From NCBI GenBank assembly GCA_963977015.1, contig CAXBMO010000023.1:1-64000 (forward strand): a stretch of 64,000 bases of DNA, read 5' to 3'. Numbering within the stretch: position 1 is the first letter of the stretch; each line of letters opens with the position of its first letter. The position numbers and the translations under genes were made by a program. Below, piece after piece: positions 57,117-64,000 of the stretch. Below the pieces are notes generated by a model. The model worked only from the letters and a program-made list of their open reading frames with translations. It was not told the DNA's origin and did not search any database. The stretch is from an uncultured bacterium. GTDB taxonomy: Bacteria; Verrucomicrobiota; Verrucomicrobiia; Verrucomicrobiales; DEV007.

Positions 57117-60100
57117 CTACTCTTTGCTAAGGGTTTCATCGAGGTTGAGGAGCATGAGACTCACACAGGTCAACGCGGCGTGTTCGACCGTCGGCAGGCT
57201 CTGGTCGCGTGGCGAGTCCCCATAATTGAGGAGAAGTTCCGCTTCCGTCGGGTTCTTTTGATAGGCGTCTTGAGCGCGCTTGTAACTTCGTTTCCAGATC
57301 GCAAGTTCCTCGTCAGTCGGAATTCGGGTGAGGAGGGTTTCCCCGATCAATTGCAATTGAGCTGAGGTTTCGGATTCCCGCTTTAGTGCGCGCTTGGCCA
57401 GGTGGCGAGCGGCTTCCACGTAGGTCACGTCGTTCAGGGTGGTCAGCGCATGCATCGGTGTGTTGGTCCGGGCAACCTTGACGTCACAGATCTGGCGTTT
57501 GCTTACGTCGAAGAACATGGTTGGGCCCACAATTCTTCTCCAAAAAACGTAGAGACTGCGCCGGTAGAGGTCGTCTCCCGTGGCCCGCGCGTATTTCTTT
57601 TTGCCGAAGGTGGCTTCCTCCCAAATTCCTGGAGGTTGGTAGCCATTAAAGGCAGGGCCGCCGAGTTTCGGGTTCAGGAGGCCGGATGCCGCAAGAGCTT
57701 GATCGCGGATCATCCAACTTGGCAGGCGATGACGAGTTCCCCGCGCGAGCAAGCGGTTCTCGGGATCGAGGTCCCGCCATTTTGGATCCGGAGTGACAGA
57801 GCTACGTTGGTAAGTTTCGCTGGTGACAATGGTCTTCAGGAGACGCTTCACATCCCAGCCGGAGTCCATGAAATCCGCAGCCAACCAGTTCAACAATTCC
57901 AAATGCGCCGGATACTCGGCCTGAACTCCAAAGTCCTCGGCGGTCTTCACGAGGCCCACACCGAACAGCATTTGCCAGATTCGATTGACGGTTACACGTG
58001 CCGTCAGGGGATGGTCGCGAGACACGAGCCAACTGGCCAGGGCCAACCGGTTGGGAGGAGAGTTTTCATCCAGTGGTGGGAAGATTTCAGGTACCGAAGG
58101 AAAGACTTCCGGCCCCGGGTGATTGTACATCCCGCGGTCCAGGATGAACGTCTTCCGTGGCTTCTCGAGATCAGCCATCACCATCACCTTCGGGATCGCT
58201 TTCCGATGCGCTTCAAGGGCCGATTTTGCTTTCTCGGCTTTGGCGGCAAGGCTGCGATAGAGTGAATCGGAAGCACGGTGAGTTTTGGTGATCAGTTCGT
58301 TCTGTCCTTTGCTGCGTTTCTCGGTGGGTGTCCTCAGCGCCGCGATCAATTTGGCGTCATCCTTCTCATTGCCGGGAGATGGTGATTCGGTGGCGGAAAG
58401 CCTTACCCGTCCAATGAAGTGGTGTTGATGGACCGAATCATGCCGCAATGTGAACTCAAGCGGGCCGCTAACGGGAGCCCTGAGAATGAACGTCGCGTAA
58501 TGCGACTGCGAAACCGGTTTGCCGCTGAACACAGCCCATCCTGTGTTGGGATTTCCATCAAACGAACGGCTAACCGCGAGACCGCCTTGTTCGTAGGTCG
58601 CGGTAGCCGATGAAATGGGAATGAGCTTTCCTTCGGAACGAATTTCGAACTCTGTCAGGACGAAGTTGCCACTATCCGAACGTGCGAGCCCTTTGCCTGC
58701 GTTGCTGAAGGAAGGGTGTTGCAAGGCCTCAAGGCGAATGGCGGTAATGTTTTTCAGACCAGCCTCGGTCGAAATGACGAACGTCTCGCGGTCCGGGTTG
58801 GGGCCGGATGCGAGCACCGTTCGATCATCTTGAATCGTTAACTGGGTGGTTGTGGCCGAAGCGGAAATGGGGTTCAGGATCTTCCATTCGGTGATCGCGG
58901 AGAATTCGTTTTCCCATTTGTGCTGCTGAGGCGCTATGGCACGAGCGCGTTCGTCTACGGCCTGTCTCGCCTGAGAATAACGGGCCACCAACATCGCTTC
59001 CTTTTGCTTTTGAAGATCCGTTGCGATTCCAAGATTTGGTTTGGTTTGGGGATCACCACCGCCGCCAGAAACCGGTGTCTGGTTAAAGAACGCCGTGAAT
59101 TGGTAGTAGTCTTTCTGAGTGAGGGGATCGAACTTGTGATCGTGGCAGCGACAGCAGTTGAGGGTTAACCCGAGCCAGGCCGTTCCCATCGTTTCCGCCA
59201 TATCGAAGACATAGTCGACGCGGTTCTCCTCGGCAATGCGCCCGCCTTCTCCATTGATCATGTGGTTTCGATTGAAGCCGGTTGCGAGGATCTGCTCTTC
59301 GCTCGCATTTGGAAGGAGATCGCCAGCCAACTGCCAGATTGTGAATTGATCGTAGGGGAGGTTCTTGTTGAAGGCTTCGACCACCCAATCGCGCCACGGC
59401 CACATGGTCCGTTCGCGGTCGCCCTGATAACCGTTGGAATCCGCATAGCGAGCGACTTCAAGCCAATCCCAGGCCATTCGGACACCGAAGGCCTCCGTGC
59501 TCAACAGCTCATCGATCAAGAATTCCCAGTTCTTGGCATTCGGTTCCGCGGCGAAACGGGAGACCTGTTCTGGAGTTGGTGGGAGGCCTGTTAGATCAAG
59601 CGCTGCTCTTCGAACCAGGGTGTGCGGAGGTGCTTTGGCGCTGGGCGGAATTCCAACTTGATTCAGTTTCGTCTGGATGAATTGGTCAATCGGATTGGTG
59701 GGGAGTTGGGGATCCTTTGGAAGTTCTGGGACGCGCTCAAAGGCCCAATGCCCGCCCCAGGTTGCACCTTGGTCGATCCAATCGGCAACGAGGCGGATCT
59801 GAGACTCCGTGAGGGTTCGATGGGACTTCGGCGGAGGCATCAAATCTTCTGGATCGTCCGAGGTAAGTCGGTCCATGAGTTCGCTATTCCCGCTATCACC
59901 CGCCGTGATGAACTGCTTCGCGTTTGCTTCATCGTCCATGCGGAGACCGGCCTTCCGGGCCTTGGCATCAAACCCATGACAGTGGAAACAATTCTCGGAG
60001 AAAATCGGCCGAACATCGCGGGTGAAGTCAATGTCATTCGCGAGCCCCGAATCGACCGCATTGAACAGGACGATCAGTAGAAGGAAGGAATATCCTGGTG

Positions 60101-60119
60101 CTGGGAACAGGGAATCCAT
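57117..60119 (-). CDS. Planctomycete cytochrome c / DUF1549 / DUF1553 protein
   Basis: IDFTRDVRPI-CFHCHG; WLEVARYADS; CCRCHDHKFDP; HPLTARVTVNRIW; TPMHAL; start set at ATG 60119. Confidence 0.92.
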   Translation of the reverse strand: MDSLFPAPGYSFLLLIVLFNAVDSGLANDIDFTRDVRPIFSENCFHCHGFDAKARKAGLRMDDEANAKQFITAGDSGNSELMDRLTSDDPEDLMPPPKSHRTLTESQIRLVADWIDQGATWGGHWAFERVPELPKDPQLPTNPIDQFIQTKLNQVGIPPSAKAPPHTLVRRAALDLTGLPPTPEQVSRFAAEPNAKNWEFLIDELLSTEAFGVRMAWDWLEVARYADSNGYQGDRERTMWPWRDWVVEAFNKNLPYDQFTIWQLAGDLLPNASEEQILATGFNRNHMINGEGGRIAEENRVDYVFDMAETMGTAWLGLTLNCCRCHDHKFDPLTQKDYYQFTAFFNQTPVSGGGGDPQTKPNLGIATDLQKQKEAMLVARYSQARQAVDERARAIAPQQHKWENEFSAITEWKILNPISASATTTQLTIQDDRTVLASGPNPDRETFVISTEAGLKNITAIRLEALQHPSFSNAGKGLARSDSGNFVLTEFEIRSEGKLIPISSATATYEQGGLAVSRSFDGNPNTGWAVFSGKPVSQSHYATFILRAPVSGPLEFTLRHDSVHQHHFIGRVRLSATESPSPGNEKDDAKLIAALRTPTEKRSKGQNELITKTHRASDSLYRSLAAKAEKAKSALEAHRKAIPKVMVMADLEKPRKTFILDRGMYNHPGPEVFPSVPEIFPPLDENSPPNRLALASWLVSRDHPLTARVTVNRIWQMLFGVGLVKTAEDFGVQAEYPAHLELLNWLAADFMDSGWDVKRLLKTIVTSETYQRSSVTPDPKWRDLDPENRLLARGTRHRLPSWMIRDQALAASGLLNPKLGGPAFNGYQPPGIWEEATFGKKKYARATGDDLYRRSLYVFWRRIVGPTMFFDVSKRQICDVKVARTNTPMHALTTLNDVTYVEAARHLAKRALKRESETSAQLQLIGETLLTRIPTDEELAIWKRSYKRAQDAYQKNPTEAELLLNYGDSPRDQSLPTVEHAALTCVSLMLLNLDETLSKE

Positions 60120-60123
60120 TGGG

Positions 60124-61647
60124 CTATTCGGGGTTGATCGTCCAGAGTTCAGCGGGTTTACCCCGTGCCACAAGATCCTTCACTTCGTCGATGTCGAGCT
60201 CTCGGTTCCATATCGCAAACTCGTCCATGCGGCCGCGAAATGCCCGGATTGGGACGTAAGGCCATTCCTCGTCCCACAGCCAGTTGCCGATGCGGGCTAA
60301 GCCGGGGGCGATGTTGCTGTCGGGGGAAAGCTGGTTCGCGCCTGCCAACTCACCATTGAGGAAGACCTTACTCTTGCCGCTGATTCGGGAAATGGTTCCG
60401 GCGACGTGCACCCATTGCCCGGTGGGAACCACCTTTCGGGCCGGTGGCAAGGGGTGCCCGGTCTCGAAAGCCGCGACCCACATCGTTCCAGATCGGTTGA
60501 ACTGCCAATGGATGTCTCCGGAGTTCCAACCATTGGAATCCAGAATCGAGGTGTGACTGAAATCGAAGCGATCGACCTTCATCCACGCGGCGAAGGTCAG
60601 TTCCTCAAACTCACCTGGAATATTGATCTCGACATAGTCGGTATCGCGGTCAAAGAGGAGGCCATCCTTCCCGGGCCACCGACCGGAAACCCAACGCGCC
60701 CCCTGAATCCGACCGTCACTGACGCCTGCATTCTCCGCAAGATTTACCAGGAGATCCGGATTCTCCGTTGGACGAAAATCGTAATAGGCAATCAGATCCC
60801 GGTCACGGGCGAAGTCTTTCGCCGTATTTCTCCAGCGAAGGTAGCCAATCGATCCAGGAGTTGGGAACAAATCCTTGGTCGGAGCGGATGTCCGTCTCAG
60901 TTCGCCATTCGAGAACTGCACGGACTCTCCGTCCAAAACCGAGGAGAGGAGTTCCGTGGTCCCCGGCTTCTTGGCATCTACCTGACCGTTGAACACGTGA
61001 AGTTCACTCGCGCCGGTATCCTGATGAACCTGAACTCCAAATTCAGTTCCAAGGTCCTCGTAGTCAATTCCAGGGGTTGCAATGGTGAAGCCCTGAGCGC
61101 TTGGCGGAACGATGGCGCGAACGGCTCCGTCTTTGAGGCGAACATGAAACGCGTCATCAATCAAAAAGGAAGCCGGACCTTCCATCACGAGGTCCGCCCC
61201 ATTGGAAAATCGCAGGTGAATCGCGCCGGATACCAACTGGTAGTCACCCGGTTCAAAGCGGACGGCATCGGGATCGTGTCCTTCGCGGAATTTTGCGCCA
61301 GCTTCATCAACCAAAAGAGCAACGACCGGGCTGGGGGGCGTAGTAGACGGAGGCGGCGTGGGGATCTCTCGAAGGACCGCGATGAGTGCGATAAGGCAGG
61401 CGGCGGCTGTGATGATCCATGGAGCGGCTGCCTTCCATGCCGGGAAATTGAGACTGGTCGAGGGATGTGACGCGGGACGAGACTTCCTTGCAAACTCGGG
61501 CAAGCTTTCGGTGATCGTCGCCAGGAGCCTGAGCCGGGTTCGTGCCTCTTTGCTCTCCCGAAGCAACTCCCTCAACTGATCGTGCTCTTCAGGGGGAAGA
61601 TCTTCATCCAGGTAACGTCCCAGAAGCTCGTCGTTTTGCCTGCTCAT
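60124..61647 (-). CDS. FecR-like anti-sigma/sensor with C-terminal LamG (concanavalin-like) domain
   Basis: N-terminal LLGRYLD...ARTR anti-sigma helix; TM; DLGTEFGV...HVFNGQV; GRWPGK; WVHVAG; GRMDEFAIWNREL. Confidence 0.9.
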   Translation of the reverse strand: MSRQNDELLGRYLDEDLPPEEHDQLRELLRESKEARTRLRLLATITESLPEFARKSRPASHPSTSLNFPAWKAAAPWIITAAACLIALIAVLREIPTPPPSTTPPSPVVALLVDEAGAKFREGHDPDAVRFEPGDYQLVSGAIHLRFSNGADLVMEGPASFLIDDAFHVRLKDGAVRAIVPPSAQGFTIATPGIDYEDLGTEFGVQVHQDTGASELHVFNGQVDAKKPGTTELLSSVLDGESVQFSNGELRRTSAPTKDLFPTPGSIGYLRWRNTAKDFARDRDLIAYYDFRPTENPDLLVNLAENAGVSDGRIQGARWVSGRWPGKDGLLFDRDTDYVEINIPGEFEELTFAAWMKVDRFDFSHTSILDSNGWNSGDIHWQFNRSGTMWVAAFETGHPLPPARKVVPTGQWVHVAGTISRISGKSKVFLNGELAGANQLSPDSNIAPGLARIGNWLWDEEWPYVPIRAFRGRMDEFAIWNRELDIDEVKDLVARGKPAELWTINPE

Positions 61648-62180
61648 GAGGTTTCCGCCATTTTCCTTTCGATGCAGTCCGCAAGCTCCAGCCGAATGCG
61701 CCTGAGGAGCTGGTAAAGCGCATCGGGCTTTTTGTGATGTTGAGCCGCCAACTCCTTGATCGAGACCTGCGGGTCGTAGGCTTCCGTGATCAATTCGCGT
61801 CGTGCGTCCGGAAGTAGCGTCAGGCAGTTCTCAAGCGCTTCGATCCATGCGTTGCGTTTCGAGGACTGTTCGATCCCTTCTTGCGCGATTCTCTCAACCA
61901 GATCGTCATCGAGAACGAGGCGATCCCGGGCCTTGGTGCGCCGGAATTTGAGGATTTCAAATCGCGCGATCACGCAAATCCACTTCCCAAAGTTCCGGTT
62001 TGGGTCGTCCAATTCGGCGAACTTTCGCAAAGCGACCAAACTGACGTCCTGCATGATCTCGGCGACGTCGTTTCCCGACGGGATCGACGCCCGGATGAAG
62101 GCGCGCACCTCCGGTTCATGCTTGGTGAGAAGAAGAACGAACTGCTCGTGAGAGTCTGACAGGTGTGCTGAATCCGGCAT
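61644..62180 (-). CDS. ECF sigma-70 factor (Rhodopirellula/Verrucomicrobium type)
   Basis: FVLLLTKHE, IMQDV, FGKWICVIARFE, ALENCLTLL and LYQLLRRIRLELADCI motifs; its stop overlaps the anti-sigma start (ATGA). Confidence 0.93.
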   Translation of the reverse strand: MPDSAHLSDSHEQFVLLLTKHEPEVRAFIRASIPSGNDVAEIMQDVSLVALRKFAELDDPNRNFGKWICVIARFEILKFRRTKARDRLVLDDDLVERIAQEGIEQSSKRNAWIEALENCLTLLPDARRELITEAYDPQVSIKELAAQHHKKPDALYQLLRRIRLELADCIERKMAETS

Positions 62181-62242
62181 GGGGTTTCAGCCTATCACTC
62201 CCGAAGAGGGGCGGATCTGATGAAAAAACGGAAAAAAGTCCC

Positions 62243-62342
62243 AGGGAGCGCGTGAAAAGCGCCGCATCTCAACATCATGCGAAGCCAATCTTCAAAGAAG
62301 AGGAACAACTTGCGCGTCGGTCATCATTTTCAAACGCTGCCT
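62243..62342. mobile_element. 100-bp MITE-like element, copy 2, with imperfect terminal inverted repeats
   Basis: Left AGGGAGCGCGTGAAAA (62243-62258) versus reverse complement of the right end AGGCAGCGTTTGAAAA (62327-62342), 13/16 match. The body is repeated at 49526-49608. Confidence 0.55.
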
Positions 62343-63270
62343 AATCTGCCAGTTCTTCGCTCATGAACTGGCGGAGAAAGCGTGCGCTCTGGCGAAGTGC
62401 GCCATGACGACCCTTGAGCGTTTTCTCGTAGGGACGATCTTCCACCTCGATACAAACCGGGCCGGTATAGTCGGCCTGGCTGAGTGCGCTGAAAAAGTGC
62501 CCCCAATGGACGTCTCCAAGGCCCGGGAGTTTCGGCGTATGAAACTCAAGCGGAGTTGAGAGGATGCCCACGTCATCCAACGCCGCTTGATCAACGATGG
62601 CGTCTTTGGCGTGAACGTGAAACAGCTTGCTCGCGAATTCCTGAATCGGCTTCACGTAATCCATCTGCTGCCAGAGCAGATGGGACGGGTCGTAGTTGAG
62701 TCCAAAAGAATCGCTCTCGATGTCAGAGAACATCCGGCGCCATATCGCCGGGCTGATGGCGAGATTTTTGCCGCTGGGCCATTCATCGTTGCTGAAGTAC
62801 ATCGGGCAATTCTCGATGCCGATACGAACTCCGTTGTCTTCAGCCAGCCGGACCAGTGGTCTCCACACTTCGAGGAAACGCGGCCAATTTTGATCGATGG
62901 TTTTGGCGGGATCACGACCAATGAAGCTGGTGATTTGATGCACGCCCAGTTTCGGGGCGGATTGGATCAGTTTGACCAAATGGTCAATAGAGACCTGGGC
63001 TTCCGCAGGGACTGGCGTGAGCGGATTCGGGTAGTAGCCCAACGAGCTGATCGCCAGACCTTGGTCCGTGATCCTTCCCCGGATCTCGTCTGCCTGGCTG
63101 TCCGTCAGGTTGGCGACGTCAATATGGGTAATCCCGGCGTAACGCCGATCGGCTTCGCCCTTTGGCCAACACATCAGTTCCACGCAACGGAACCCTTCGT
63201 GGCTCGCAAAGTTGAGCACTTCGCTGAGTGATTGATCTGCCAGGATGGCACTAACGAATCCGAGTTGCAT
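62341..63270 (-). CDS. Sugar-phosphate isomerase/epimerase (xylose isomerase-like TIM barrel)
   Basis: [22 protein letters not shown] and CIEVED metal ligands; start set at ATG 63270. Confidence 0.92.
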   Translation of the reverse strand: MQLGFVSAILADQSLSEVLNFASHEGFRCVELMCWPKGEADRRYAGITHIDVANLTDSQADEIRGRITDQGLAISSLGYYPNPLTPVPAEAQVSIDHLVKLIQSAPKLGVHQITSFIGRDPAKTIDQNWPRFLEVWRPLVRLAEDNGVRIGIENCPMYFSNDEWPSGKNLAISPAIWRRMFSDIESDSFGLNYDPSHLLWQQMDYVKPIQEFASKLFHVHAKDAIVDQAALDDVGILSTPLEFHTPKLPGLGDVHWGHFFSALSQADYTGPVCIEVEDRPYEKTLKGRHGALRQSARFLRQFMSEELAD

Positions 63271-63287
63271 GGTGAGAGGGGAACAAT

Positions 63288-64000
63288 CTAGAGTTGGACC
63301 CAGCGTTGGGTCTGGTGGCTTTCGAGAATGGCGTCGCAAAGCTGGATCTCGCGATGCCCGTCTTCGAATGTGGCGAAATGCTGGTCGGGTCCGAAGTTCT
63401 TCTTCGCGATGGATTCATAAAATGCCCGGAACCCCATCTTGAAGGTGTCGGGAAATCCTTCGGCATGACCGCCCGGAAAATCGGCAAATCTTCTGGCGAT
63501 ATCCTGATTGAGTCCCGGATCTTTGAGAACAATCTCGTTGGGACGGTCCCGCGCACCTCGCCAAATCTCATTGGGTTGTTCGCTATTCCATTGAATCGCT
63601 CCTTTCGAACCGGAGATTTCGTAGCGGAGACAGTTCTTCCGGCCGGAAGTCACTTGAGAAACAAACATGGCTCCGCGGGCGCCATTCTCGAACCGCAAGA
63701 GGACCGTGCCCAGGTCGTCGGTTGTCACCTCGATCGGCTCTGTTGCGTTGTTGTTCTGAGCCGTTCCTGAAAATGTTTCCACTTCGCCGGCAGGTCGCAT
63801 TCGGATGGGATGGACAGTGTGGACGTCGGCAAAAACGGAACTCACTTTTTTGCCGGTAATGTTCTGAACCAGGTCGATCCAATGAGTGCCGATGTCCGCA
63901 ACCGCCCTCAACTTGCCTTGTTCTTCCGCGAGAACCCGCCAGTTGTAGTCGCTGTCGTAAAGAAGCCAGTCCTGTTGATAGCTTCCGAAGACGGAGTGAA
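63288..64000 (-). CDS. Gfo/Idh/MocA oxidoreductase (5' end outside the window)
   Basis: The frame stays open to the window edge ([17 protein letters not shown]); [17 protein letters not shown] and ATFEDG motifs. Confidence 0.92.
   Translation of the reverse strand, partial: HSVFGSYQQDWLLYDSDYNWRVLAEEQGKLRAVADIGTHWIDLVQNITGKKVSSVFADVHTVHPIRMRPAGEVETFSGTAQNNNATEPIEVTTDDLGTVLLRFENGARGAMFVSQVTSGRKNCLRYEISGSKGAIQWNSEQPNEIWRGARDRPNEIVLKDPGLNQDIARRFADFPGGHAEGFPDTFKMGFRAFYESIAKKNFGPDQHFATFEDGHREIQLCDAILESHQTQRWVQL

Noticed and set aside
1-64000. tRNA, rRNA, integrase, transposase or phage genes
   Set aside because: None recognised by eye; a tRNAscan-SE/Infernal run would be needed to exclude small RNAs.

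Overview
A GC-rich accessory region whose gene families point to a Verrucomicrobiota (PVC) bacterium specialised in sulfated glycans. Glycan-related genes include four Cys-type sulfatases, two secreted right-handed beta-helix proteins, fbp and an FMN hydroxy-acid (L-lactate) dehydrogenase. Envelope genes include an ExbB-ExbD-ExbD-TPR-TPR operon ending in an unusual SAM/TonB-like-helix/vWA protein, a MarR-RND efflux operon, a 2334-aa LEPR-XLL/metzincin/cadherin surface protein and a Verru_Chthon pilin-like cassette (D-B-C-A plus one gene). Also present are two AraC regulators, an ECF sigma/FecR pair heading two DUF1549-DUF1553/DUF1501 pairs, a HicAB-like pair and a MITE-like repeat in two copies. 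The most striking unannotated signal is a fixed-geometry promoter/operator module: an AATCyrCATGTGGAT-type palindrome, N7, ATGGAyT, then N18, a -10 box, N6 and an A at +1. It occurs five times plus one degenerate copy, in front of two sulfatases, a beta-helix protein, the ExbBD-TPR-SAM/vWA operon, a PAS-AraC gene and the pilin-like cassette. This suggests one regulon coupling glycan desulfation to a PMF-driven envelope machine and a minor-pilin complex. All calls come from reading motifs by eye; no database searches were run.
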